A stretch of DNA of 63,727 nucleotides, filler included, from Lenisia limosa (GCA_001655205.1; 7 parts of 7 records of this genome joined end to end with filler, not necessarily neighbours in it), one strand, 5' to 3'; counted from the first letter of the whole stretch, positions 1 through 14,229 are shown. A program made the numbers and translations. The notes: generated from the letters alone by a model not told the origin.

Positions 1-2496
<2,496 letters not shown>

Positions 2497-2680
2497 GGTT
2501 GCTATCTAACCTGGAAAATATCCTACCAACACAAGACCAAAAATCAACGCAAGTCGTAAAAAAAATTTCAATAATATATATCTGTTCTTTGGACCAGTAT
2601 TAATATTCCGGGTACCGGTACCCCGGTAGTATAAAGATTGAATTTGGTGAATGAAAAAAACCTTTTGTAGCAACATCAAT

Positions 2681-5600
2681 ATGACTACCTGCAAGATTGT
2701 TGGAAACGGACTTCTCTACCCCGGCTTCGGCGCCGAGTTCATTGAGAATGGTGCCGTCTACTTCGAGAACGACGTCATCGTCGCTGTTGGCAAAACTGAC
2801 GAGCTTAAGGAGAAGTTCCCCAAGGTTTGTGGTCTTCTACGGGACAGATTTATGAAATCGTGATGTCACGCTTTCAGGCTGAGTTCATGGACGCTGAGGG
2901 CAACATGATCATGCCTGGCTTCATTAACGCTCATGGTCACTACTACGTAAGAGTTTTCTCGAATTTTCGAGATTAATCTTTTAGGGTGCTTTCTGCCGTG
3001 GTATGGCTCTCAAGGACGAGGCCCCTGCTAACTTCCCCGAGATCCTTGAGCGTCTCTGGTGGCGTCTTGACAAGGCTTTGACCGTAAGAGGCTCTCCAAT
3101 CTTTTTTGAGATCATCCTATGCCTCTTCTCATGCTCTCCTCCCTTAAATAAGCAGTTTTTCTAAACCCTCTAGCCTGAGGACAACTACCTTACCTCCATG
3201 CTCTGCCTCGAGAATGCCGTTCGCTCCGGTACCACCACTGTCCTCGACCATCACGCTTCCCCCAACCACATTGGTGGGTTGTGTTCTGTCTTTCATTTTA
3301 CTGATATGGAGAGTGTGTCACATTTGACTTTCATATCTCCAATATTTGATTGAGTTAGGTGTAACAGTTTTTCATTTCTCTGACCATACCCCATATATAC
3401 TGGCAAAGTAAGTAGTCGCATCAATTGCTGATCAAACGAATTGATAGCCTGACTCTTCGCAGAGGGATCTCTTGATCAGATTGAGAAGGCAGCCGAGGCA
3501 TCCGGCGTTCGTCATTGCCTCTGCTATGAGGTCACTGACCGCAACGGTGTTGAGGGTGCTGACGCCGGCATCAAGGAGTCCGTCCGCTTCCTTAAGTGAG
3601 GGGCTTGCTCGATGTTGAACACCGTCTACTCTTTAACCTGTTCTTTGTACACCGGCTTCACGTGGCTCTTATAGTAGACTGGATTTCTGCTTCTGTTAAT
3701 GTCATACCAAACACACGAGCATTGTCGAAAGGGCAACACTCACGCTATCCAGGAAGGTCTACGAGGACAAGAAGGTGTCCAACCTCATCGGAGCTTCCTT
3801 CGGCCTCCACGCCTCTTTCACCTGCTGTGACGAGACCCTCAAGAAGTGCACTGACGGCATCAAGACCGTATGGGGGTGGGGGTGCCAATTTAAAACTCCA
3901 AACAAGGCAAAAAAATCCCCTTCCTTGGTTGCTTGTGATTGATTTTGCTTATTTTTTTGTTTTTTGTTGTTCGAGTTTCAGATTATTCAATTCGTGATTA
4001 GTAGTACTGCCAATATTCTGCATCGACATTTCCTCCGCTTGACCTCCCCCTCCCCTTCTAACCCTGCAGCTCTCCGCTGAGGCCCAGGCCCGTGCCGGTT
4101 TCCACGTCCACATCTGCGAGGACGCCACCGACAACAAGGACTCCGCTGAGAAGTACAACAGGTATGAGTCAGCTGGAAATACGCATAATATTTGACTAAT
4201 CGCTTTATTCTTGTTATTTCTTGCTTTGTAGTTTTTTTTTTGGATTATTTAATTCATGATTAGTGCCTTCAAATAGAATTCTTCGTGTTAACCCCCCAGC
4301 ACCACTGTTGAACGCCTCGAGAAGGCTGGTGTCCTCGGCCCCAACACCATTGCCGGCCACTGCGTCTTTGTCACCGACTCTGACATCGAGATCCTCAAGA
4401 AGACCCGTGGGGGGGGGGGACATTGGCTTCATCGTCTCTGGCTGTAATCAGTGCGTTTTATTAACACAATAGTGATAAATTCTGCTATCAATATCCTGTA
4501 TAAACGTGATGATGTGGACGGGTTCTATTTTAGTATCATTGACCTGACCATTGCAGAGACCTCTGTCGTCTCCAACCCCGAGTCCAACATGAACAACGGG
4601 TATGCGGGAGTCTTAAGTGTGCTTATATGGGGGCTCCAGCATGAACGATTAAGTTGCTTGGAAGTTAACTCCCACTTTATAGTACAAGCATAATTATGTA
4701 ATCATTCGTGATCCCCCAGTGTTGGCGTGCCCGACGCTGAGAAGCTCCTTAAGGCTGGTGTCCCCGTCGGACTGGGTGGGCGGTGTGCTTTTGTGCGGTA
4801 GTAAGGCAAATGGTTGGGTGGATTAATGCTACGCATACTATAATCCAATATCTCTTATAAGCGTGATGTAAACGGCTTTGGCCAGATACTACCCCCCCCC
4901 CNNNNNNNNNNNNNNNNNNNNNNNNNNNNNNNNNNNNNNNNNNNNNNNNNNNNNNNNNNNNNNNNNNNNNNNNNNNNNNNNNNNCACAACACCACATTAT
5001 TCTTACCGCGCAGGTACCGACGGCATCACCTACGACATGCAACAGGAGTCCAAGACCAACTACTTCGTCCACAAGGTTGGTACCCTCCCCTCGTGTCTTC
5101 CCATTAGTACCTTCACGCATTATTCAGTTTCCTTCGTTTTACGTTGATTTTGGGCCTTTTTTCGTTTCATAAATTTCCTTCTTTTACCGCCCAGCTTGTC
5201 AAGAACGACCCTCGTGTTATGGGAGCCGAGCCCTTCGAGATGCTCTTCAAGCACAACGCCGCTATTGCCTCCAAGTTCTTCAACCACAACGTTGGATACA
5301 TCAAGGAGGGTGAGGGGGGCCCTACCATAACAGGCAACTTAGACCTCTTCTTTCCATAACAGGCAAATTTGACTTCACCTGACCATCACAGGCAACTTTG
5401 CTGACATCATCATTGTGAAGTACGACCCCCCCACCTTCTTCTGTGCCGGCAACCTTCCCTGGCACATGCAGTTCGGCATGCACGCCGGCATGGTTGAGAC
5501 CACCATCTGCGGTGGCAAGACCCTCATGTACAAGAAGGAGGTGTGTGTGGTCAACGCATCAAATTGATTTTTTTTTTTTTGCCAACACTTTGTATCTTGG

Positions 5601-5723
5601 AATAATTGACTTTTTTAAAATCTTGTGTTGTTCCTTCTCACCCCCCAGATCCAATCATTCGACACCAAGAAGGTCATGGCTGACTGCCGCACCGCCTGCC
5701 CCGGAATCTGGGAGAGATTCTAA
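2681..5723 (+). CDS. ssnA: Metal-dependent amidohydrolase, SsnA-like (bacterial-type), 14 exons
   Basis: Fully spliceable in frame (13 GT-AG introns): MTTCKIVGNG..MPGFINAHGHYYGAFCRGM..PANFPEILERLWWRLDKALT..GTTTVLDHHASP..CYEVTDRNG..FGLHASFT..FHVHICED..AGHCVFV..NPESNMNNGVG..GLGTDG..ADIIIVKYDPPT..GIWERF*; metal-binding motifs intact; strong C-ending codon bias. The SsnA subfamily call rests on recalled motifs. Confidence 0.85.
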
Positions 5724-6195
5724 GCACCCACCCCGTTTTCTTATAATACATCATTCTTCAAACTGTCGCAATGGTGTGGAGCTTTATTTGCAGATAGTAT
5801 ATTCCATGGAAGATCACACTTTTATCGCCCAAATCAAAGTAAAACAGCATAAAATCAAATCTCAATTTGTTTGTAACAATGGGAGATATTTAGGAAGACC
5901 AATTCCTCTTCAAGAAATAGCGTCAATGAACTTGGGAGAAAATTTGCGCATAATTCGTCGGGGATAGAGCTCGTAATGTAGTTTAAAATGACCATCTTTG
6001 AGTCAGGCACGCACAATAAGCATTTGGCGCTCAACTGGTTCTGTGANNNNNNNNNNNNNNNNNNNNNNNNNNNNNNNNNNNNNNNNNNNNNNNNNNNNNN
6101 NNNNNNNNNNNNNNNNNNNNNNNNNNNNNNNNNNNNNNNNNNNNNNNNNNNNNNNNAAGTATATTATATCATATGAATAAGGAGTGGGAGGGGAA

Positions 6196-6560
6196 TTAGG
6201 CAGCGAAGGTGATGACAGGGTTTCCGGGGGCAGGGGGAGTCTTCATCTCAATGGGATCTACCACGATCTGAAGAAGGTAAATGCGACAGTTTAGGGCGGC
6301 GGCGGGGGTCTTTTTGTTTGTACCATCCCACACGCCTAACAAATACCATATTGGTTTATTGATTTGGGCTGAAGTTATCTGATAAACGTTTACAAGATAT
6401 TGATAAACAGCTAATAATACAAATAAAAAGCAATACGATAATAATAATAACGAACTTTGACTGGATTAACAGACACCCACCAATTGCTCAAATAGGAAAT
6501 AGCACCAACAAATACCAAACAACCAGGCGAACCTCGGGCACAATGCCTTCCAGAGCACGG
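6196..6560 (-). CDS. C-terminal two exons of an unidentified gene (5' part cut by assembly spacer)
   Basis: ..RALEGIVPEVRLV / IVVDPIEMKTPPAPGNPVITFAA*; acceptor ttcttcag; codon bias like the SsnA gene. Confidence 0.45.
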
Positions 6561-6561
6561 T

Positions 6562-6661
6562 NNNNNNNNNNNNNNNNNNNNNNNNNNNNNNNNNNNNNNN
6601 NNNNNTTAATTAATTAANNNNNNNNNNNNNNNNNNNNNNNNNNNNNNNNNNNNNNNNNNNN
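6562..6661. other. Artificial scaffold spacer N44-TTAATTAATTAA-N44 (12-mer also at 12206, 38325, 45157, 47911, 61226)
   Basis: Identical 12-mer with stops in all six frames, centred in ~100-bp N blocks; genes are truncated at these points. Confidence 0.95.
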
Positions 6662-7408
6662 TCGCTGTTCGAACATCTTAGAAGTTGCCTCCTTTGAAGA
6701 ACGTGTCTAAAAATTAGGGCATTTTGAAAACATACTTGGACCATCATTGTCAGCTTTCCAACATCAGCTCCAGCTACCGAAGCAACAACTTCTCCACTCT
6801 GAAGAGTAAATCAACAATCTGGTGTATTTTCAGAGTGGAATGTTCACCTTTGCAATACTGAAAACCCTAAAATATTGACAACACAAAGATTACATTTCTC
6901 AAAAAAAAAGCTGTCTGCAAAAGTTCAAAAATCTTGCTCTTTTTGTTATTTTGGCAAAAGTAACCATCATCATTTGTCCAAACCAGCTAACCTGGATACA
7001 CACAAAGAAGGGGACTGACTTGACCTTGTATTCTTTACACACTTTGGGCAACTTTTCGGCTTCAATCTGCGGGAATAAATTAATTTGTCTCATTAGATTT
7101 GTACAATTCTCTATGAAACAATAACCCTCGTACTTGAGCAAAAACACATGTTGGATGAGCTTTACTCAGTTCTTCGAATACTGTATTCAGATGTTTGCAA
7201 GGTTCTGACCAGCTGGCGCTAAAAATGTTATTGTCTTATAAAAATAATCTGCCTCAGCAAATCTGGACTGAATTGTAGCCTTCACATGGAAGAACAATGA
7301 TGTTCGTCATCTCTCCTCATACAAGAAATTGAGAAACACGGTAGCTCCGGTCATAGTGAAGCCTTTAATGGCTTCAGCATCTTCAATCATGTGTATTGTT
7401 CCTGACAT
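6662..7408 (-). CDS. Thioredoxin-like domain protein, probably monothiol glutaredoxin GRX3/PICOT (Grx domain lost in gap)
   Basis: MSGTIHMIEDAEAIKGFTMTGATVFLNFFASWSEPCKHLNTVFEELSKAHPTCVFAQIEAEKLPKVCKEYKVKSVPFFVCIQ..VVASVAGADVGKL..MFEQR; WSEPC variant site as in the Grx3/4 N-terminal Trx domain. Confidence 0.75.
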
Positions 7409-7737
7409 TTTGAAAGGAGAGGCCTTTGAAATTTTGGTTTAAAAGAAAAACTTCGCCGCCGTACTCGCCCTTTGTGTAAAAAAAAAACAACACAAAATCA
7501 CAAAACAGCCCTTCCTTCTCACAATAACAACACTATTGCAACTATATGTCAAATATAAATAAATAAACAATTAATTACAGTTGGCGTTCACTTTCTCGCA
7601 AGATTTTTTGGCTAGCAAGCATCGCACCCCGGAGTCATCAGCCCTCATCTCCAATAGACATTCAAAGAGGTTAATATCACAGTCTGCTATAAAGAACCTC
7701 TAATATAAGTCAACTGTCTATCTCGAGTTGTTTTGGG

Positions 7738-9843
7738 ATGTCAGGTCCCGGGAAAGTTGTCTGGCAAGACAGAGAAATTAGGTTTGTATTGTGTGTTGTG
7801 TATTTTGGAAATTAACTCACAACGTAGATTTGATAGTAGTACAACAGAAACAGCATGTCGCCCTGGAGAATTTGTGATCGATCATCTGCCGAATGTTGAA
7901 GACACAAAAGGCAACAATGGAGAAGCGGTGAGTATGAAAGGACTTATCTAGCAGAAGGAGACATACCAAAATAATAGAAATAGATATTTTTCACATCTTT
8001 GATTTCTAGTGCACTCTTTTTAATAACTAGATCATTTCCATCCTTGTCTGTTTATTTTGCTGCGTCGCGAAAATGACACCATGAAGGCGAGGCGACCGTT
8101 CTTTCATAAGAGTACAAAACTGTTACTAAAGGTCCATATTTCTGATTTGAGTGAAATATTAACTTATCTAACTTTTATGGATACGCTGGAATAAAGGGGT
8201 TAGTGCTTCATAATCGTTTGGCCTGGGCTTTGTTTGTTTTAAGCTTTTGCGTCTGTTTGAACTGTTTTACTAATCCATCAACCTTTTCATTCCCCCTCTA
8301 TCCTTTACCTTATTGGAACTCTGTACAAACGCTTCGGGTAGTTTTTCACCTTATGAGGGGGAGCTGTCGGTGACGAATCTTCGGATGGTTTGGAATCAAA
8401 AAGGCCGTCCTCGCACAAACCTCAGTTTGCTGACTATCATTCATAACCATTTTCAGGTATTGGCTATAATTGTATTCTCAATATTTCTATTAAAACGGCA
8501 CAAAGCAAATTAAGGGGAACCACCCAGGTGAGCCCTCCTCCTTAATTGGTGTTGACATTTAGGCATTGTATGTTTTGACAAAATTCAATTCAACAAGATT
8601 TGAGTTTATTTTCACTCACTTGGTTCCGCATTCCCCGCGTCTCTTCACTACCGTTATTGCAGTTCATAAGTAAGAAATGACTCGATAGGTTTATGCTTTA
8701 GGGGATACCAGAGCACAACCCTTTATCGAGAACTGAAACTCAGAGGAGCTATTATTAGGGACAATCAACTTGACCTGCTTCCAAAAGAAGAAGTCTTCGA
8801 AAAGATTGGAGGAGTTTGGAACCTTTCTTCAGAACAAGGCAATTTAGGTTAGTTTGGAATATTTCTGATTGTACAGGGACCTTCCACATTACCAATGTCC
8901 GACTGGTGTGGCATGCAAATATGGCGTCAAATTTCAATGTCTCAATACCCTATTTCCAAATGGTGGGTCGGATTGATAAAGTGCCATTCTAACCTTGGGA
9001 TAATGGATAAAGAAATGTTAAATAATATACGAGAACTAAATGACCTAAAAGAGGTCCAGATGTCTGAAAACTGGAACACTCCTTTTTTGTGTATGGGTTG
9101 ATATTATTTCAAAGATTGAACACAAGATGGATTACCTTGATAAATGTTGGTTAATAGCCGACATTTTGGACTAAAGGGAAGCCAGAGTCAAGGTTTGTAA
9201 AGAGTGACTGCATATCATACAATTGATTGATATTGTATTATATTTATTATGTACTATAATGGTGCATTACTTTGCAATTTTGCTGACAGCATTAGCGATC
9301 AATTCGAATCCGCGACTCTCGTTTTGGTATGGCGCTCGTGGTTGAGACAAGTCCAGGCTCCGGAGGGTAGGGATTGGAGTGTCGTTGGTTGACTGGTTTA
9401 GATTTGTCCTTGGGTTCCGAGTGGATCCCGCCTCACAACTTCAAAGCGTTGTTCATCAAGTAAGACCCAGTCAATTATTCATCCTCTTTAGGTTAAGAAT
9501 CTCTTCAATATTTATTCCGCAAAGCCAATCTTTGGTATTGAACATGAGATGCAGGAAGTGGTTTGAGGGTGGAGGTATTTTTCCTAACATTTTGTTCTGT
9601 GGTACACACAGCTGACTTATCTAGCCGCTCCCTATTGAGCAAAGGACGATTTCGCGGCAAGTTGACGACTTGGAGATTACCGGTGACGACGACGCTGGGG
9701 AGGACCCGTTTGCAGTGTATTACGCTGAGGCAGGGAAGGACAAAGATCGACAGCCTGAATTCGATTCTCATCTTGGCCTTGCAGTAGAGTCCATGAACGA
9801 GGGTGTCACTGTCAAGGATTTGTGGAATGTATTACCAAAGTAA
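7738..9843 (+). CDS. BBS5: Bardet-Biedl syndrome 5 protein (BBSome subunit)
   Basis: [111 protein letters not shown]. Confidence 0.97.
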
Positions 9844-9853
9844 GTATTTTCAA

Positions 9854-10700
9854 TTACAGAGGTGATTCAAAGGAGGCTTCTAGTGCCTCGAGAGCTGCTT
9901 CAGAAGCCTCGTACTGCTGTGATATGTCAGCATTTGAGAATATTATACCCAAACCTGTTTGTGATAGAGTGCAAGAGCTCTTGCATGTTGTAAAAGAAGT
10001 ACTTGACATGTTTCGGGAGTCTGAAAGGTTACAATTGAAAGAAAAAACTATTGAGAAATTGGAGTGGGATATGACCAGACATAATTGTCAACTCACTTGT
10101 ACTACATCTCTTGCCGAAATAGTGTCATATTCTGTCTCAGCATCTGTTTGGGCAGCTCGAGCTTCTGCGGCTTCCATCTATCAATTAACACAGCGTAAAA
10201 AAAATTGGCGTAAAGAAGTACTGCAACCCATCAACTTCAAGTTTGTGCGATCGTTGCGGCTTTGTGTTTTCTGACGCTCTTGTTTCTGCATTTAGAACCC
10301 TTTTCCTTGCATTTTCAAGATGAACCTCCTTTGTCGCTGAGAAAGGTAAGGGTATATTACATGTCGATTAGAGCATTATTTAATTCAATTTTCAAGACAT
10401 ATGATAGTGTATATATCACTATCATTGGAGAATATTATTGTGTCAATTTTATTCCAGAAATGTTTCCAACTCTTTTCCTTCTTAGCTGAGAGAAGATCTG
10501 TAAGTCCTGCCATGATTCCTCTTAATGATTCCTCATAAACACGAGTGGCCTCTTTTAGTGGGGATGTGGTATCAAGCATCTAATAGATCAGATAACTGCC
10601 CATACCAATGTAATGTGAATTGAGGTAATATCAACAAAATAATAAATTACCTACAATGGTTCGGTGCCACAACCTTGGTAGAAATTATCTTCACTTAAAG
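9854..10700 (-). CDS. Helical coiled-coil protein, possibly BAR-type (SNX-BAR or CIBAR/FAM92-like); 5' end uncertain
   Basis: Exons give TTSPLKEATRVYEESLRGIMAGLTDLLSAKK..ARKRVLNAE..KLEMEAAEARAAQTDAETEYDTISA..HARALALYHKQQYEASEAALEALEASFESPL*; BAR call is pattern-based inference. Confidence 0.5.
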
Positions 10701-10899
10701 GAAAAATTTAAATAGTTCCCCTTTTAATCTAACCTTGGCACAAACAGCATTATTATAATATGTTGAGATGAGAATAGGTAATTTGCTGAAGCAGTCCACG
10801 CTCGCTTATTGGAGACATTGGATTACAGTATATGATACACTATCCTATAATAAAATATGAAAATGAACAAATATGAAAAACATCCATTTGGGTTGAGAT

Positions 10900-11990
10900 C
10901 TTAAAGACATATTTCATAATAAGCTTCGAAATAGTTGAATGAATACATATGTGGATATTGATTGACTTTTATTTCTGACATAGCAAGAGGGTGTTTCTTC
11001 CACTTCATCAGGTATATCATCATCATCATTGGAACGATAACGACGACCCAGTCCACAGAGTTATTGATGTTACTTTTGAATATTATAAAGAAGATTTCTG
11101 ATTAAAAACAAACATGATGATGAACACAGAAAATACAAGGTATCCCGGAGGTCACACGAGTGGATATGAGTTATCGTATCACTGTGTGGACACACTTGTG
11201 AAAATGACTCAAAAGTGACACAATATTTTCACTACGACTATGAAAAAGAGCTCACATACAAAAGTTGAATATTATTTTTGGTAAAAATTGCTACGCGTTA
11301 TCGGTTCGAAAAAGAACAGTAAAATATCGATAGTTTTCGAGGATTTATCGAAGTCTTTTTTCTAACCGAAGTGAAGCCTTGATAATTGTGGTCTTCTAAT
11401 GCTTCCATTTGACAAATTTTATAATACTGATGACGTAGAAAAATTTAAAAATCAAATATGGTATAGGTACATTGCATAAGTTATATTTAGCTTTAAAAGA
11501 GTATGTTGATATTGTAGAAAGAAAGATTGAGAGGGAAATGGATAGTATCGGATTTGAAGTATCAGATATGAAGGAACTAATTAAAATTGAGAGGGAGTTA
11601 AGACAGAAAAATAAAATTATTCTTTGTGCACATAATGCAGGAAAATTCGATAGTCATTTTATTTGGAAACATCCAGAATGAGTTATCCTACTCTTGAGGC
11701 TTGAGGACTGATACGAGGATCAAATTCTTCAATCAGGGAAGCTAATGTCACGACAGCATCCACCTTTACAGTTAATATCAAGTTTTTTCCCGAAGAGATA
11801 TTGCGATTCTCCAACATTAAATTATGACCAAAATGAAGTCCCTACTTCAGCTTTTGTTAAAGAATTAGACGCATTCAAAAGGGCATTGTGTGCCTCCATT
11901 GCCCTGGCAATTGACTGGTGGCGTCCAATTCGTGCACTGAAAGGGTCATATCAAGAAACTAGGAAAGACATTTAGCCTCCCCTCGCAGCC
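10900..11990 (+). pseudogene. Decayed protein-primed family B DNA polymerase fragment (Polinton/Maverick or linear-plasmid type)
   Basis: Intronless, AT-rich, broken frames; ORF 11472-11681 carries IILCAHNAGKFDSHFI (PolB Exo II-type HNxxxFD); upstream YFHYDYE may be Exo I; in-frame stops, frameshifts and a MITE insertion. Confidence 0.7.
11301..11378. mobile_element. Family B MITE copy (left end truncated) inserted in the PolB relic
   Basis: tcggttcgaaaaa..aaaatatcgatagttttcgaggatttatcg..ccgaagtgaagcc, near-identical to 49115-49211. Confidence 0.8.
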
Positions 11991-12012
11991 ATGATGCATT
12001 ATCCTCACTTTC

Positions 12013-12161
12013 TATCACTGACCCATGGCACCTTATCAGTATCTAGTTTTTGCCTATCACTGACCTATGGCACCTTATCAGCAATCTAGTTTATGCCTAT
12101 CACTGACCTATGGCACCTTATCAGCAATCTAGTTTATCACTGACCTATGGCACCTTATCAG
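12013..12161. repeat. 43-bp tandem repeat, about 3.5 copies, running into a gap
   Basis: Unit tatcactgacctatggcaccttatcagcaatctagtttatgcc. Confidence 0.9.
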
Positions 12162-12261
12162 NNNNNNNNNNNNNNNNNNNNNNNNNNNNNNNNNNNNNNN
12201 NNNNNTTAATTAATTAANNNNNNNNNNNNNNNNNNNNNNNNNNNNNNNNNNNNNNNNNNNN

Positions 12262-13914
12262 TATCATGCGCCATCTCTCTTACTGTGAGTGGCAGGACTG
12301 AATATTGACAAAGCTACGTGATAATCCCCCTGTTGTGACCCTTGATTAACTTCACAGTCCATATTGTCGGACGTGACGCGGCCACTTTGGACGTTACCGG
12401 TTTGTCTTGGGCTTTTCCCGTTCTTTTCAAACTAACTGGACAGATCTGGGCGCATTTTCACCCGCTTTGAACCAAGAAATCAACCCTACTGTCACTGTAT
12501 GTTGAGAACTGCGTCTCCTCTCCGTATGATGAGCCCATTAGTCTGATATCTTAGTCTCATGTCTGTCTGGTGAACTCATTAGTCTGATATCTTAGTCGGG
12601 AACAGGGCTGTCTCTTTGGACACTCACCTCAACGGTCTCCTCTTATGGCAATACTGCAGCCGGAAGCTGTCTGTTCCAGGCCCTCAAGTCAGCGGGACAA
12701 GGTGAGCTTCAAGAACGACATGAGACAACAGTTTTCAATAGTTGACAATACCTACCGAACTTTTAGGGATAGAAAGGCTAAAAAATATCATGACGTGTTA
12801 ACTCCATAGCCATTTCCACCACCACTGCTGCCATTCTGGATCCCGGACTGCACCGAAACGATTCTGTTGTCGTATTCTCGGCTGGCATGGGCTCGGAGTA
12901 TTCACAGCCTGGCTTTGTTGTCTCGTACGTGGGGGCTGGTCAAAGCATGGTCCTATAAGACTTAGAATATTGAAACAATTCAGTGCTTATCGAAAGCCTT
13001 GAAAACAGTAAAAGGTGTTCTGAACCATCACGGTAGTAATAAAGGATATGATATTGACTGGTTTTTTGATCACCAAATCTTTGATTATTATTATTACTGT
13101 AGTTGAAATTTTAGTTCATATGGTGGCGAGCTTGGAGAGTTCACTAACGCAGCCTTTTCACTGCTGAAAATCCCATCAATGACAAGTAGGCCTCCACTTG
13201 GATAGATCTGACCTCTTTTAGATATCTGACCTCTTTTAGATGTACAGTATCTGACCTCATACGTGGCAGCAAGTACCGTTATTTCTAATACTCCGAGGTA
13301 ATAGTCACGAATATCACTCCCGACTAACTCCTTCCAGTGTTCTCCTCACTAAAACTGTTACACTCGATGAAGACAGTCTGGTTGGTTGCCAATTCCATCT
13401 GCAAGTGTTTCCCATCTTGTCTGACTTCGCAGATATTTGTGGTGGCTTCTGGTTCCTACAGTTCAAGTCAAGCCAACGGCATGGATACTGTTATGCTATC
13501 TTTGGAGGTGGGGGGATGGTTTGTTATCTTTTAATACTATGGCTTTCAAACACTCTCGAGTATCAGTAAAGTAGTCCTTTCAAAAAATAATCGTGCTGGT
13601 TTTCTATTTATTGGTACGTCTTGTGTGTTTGTTTTGAGGTTTTTTACTTGTTCTTGGACGTGATCTTTGTAGCTTGACAACGTGTCAGTCTCTTCACAAG
13701 TTACCCGCGTGAACTTCTTCAATGACAAACTGTTCACGACAACTTATGCCGGTAGGGCCATCCCCAATGTTGCAATGACTGTGCAGGAATGTTTGCTTCA
13801 GGAAGTTATACTGTCGACATGGTGGCTCAGAGCTCTGGAGTTGACGGGTTCGAGTTCCGTGGACCTACTTTCGGCCTCAATCTTCATGTCATTGTCTTGC
13901 CTCTTTTGGACTGA
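12262..13914 (+). CDS. C-terminal exons of an unidentified beta-rich protein
   Basis: Spliceable segments such as VLLTKTVTLDEDSLVGCQFHLQVFPILSDFADICGGFWFLQF and YAGSYTVDMVAQSSGVDGFEFRGPTFGLNLHVIVLPLLD*; 5' cut by spacer. Confidence 0.4.
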
Positions 13915-14229
13915 TCTGTATAATGTAGATCACTCATGCATTGATGATGGTTGAATTATCCCCCCCCCCCTCGTGATTCATAATAATAAACTTACCAGNN
14001 NNNNNNNNNNNNNNNNNNNNNNNNNNNNNNNNNNNNNNNNNNNNNNNNNNNNNNNNNNNNNNNNNNNNNNNNNNNNNNNNNNNNNNNNNNNNNNNNNNNN
14101 NNNNNNNNNNNNNNNNNNNNNNNNNNNNNNNNNNNNNNNNNNNNNNNNNNNNNNNNNNNNNNTAACTTTTTTTATTCCTTCTAGTAACAGGGCCCTCCCA
14201 GAACCAGAGTGCACCAAATCAAACAAAAC

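Noticed and set aside
4506-4547. GTGATGA...CTGA in SsnA intron 8 as a C/D snoRNA
   Set aside because: Only ~42 nt; the CTGA is the branch point (ctgac) and the region overlaps a family D remnant
6606-6617. TTAATTAATTAA palindrome recurring six times inside N blocks
   Set aside because: Artificial six-frame-stop spacer. Genes are truncated at these points, so gene neighbourhoods across them were not interpreted
8060-8150. GC-richer hairpin-like segment in BBS5 intron 2 (snoRNA or SECIS?)
   Set aside because: No good C box, no ACA tail, no in-frame TGA in nearby genes
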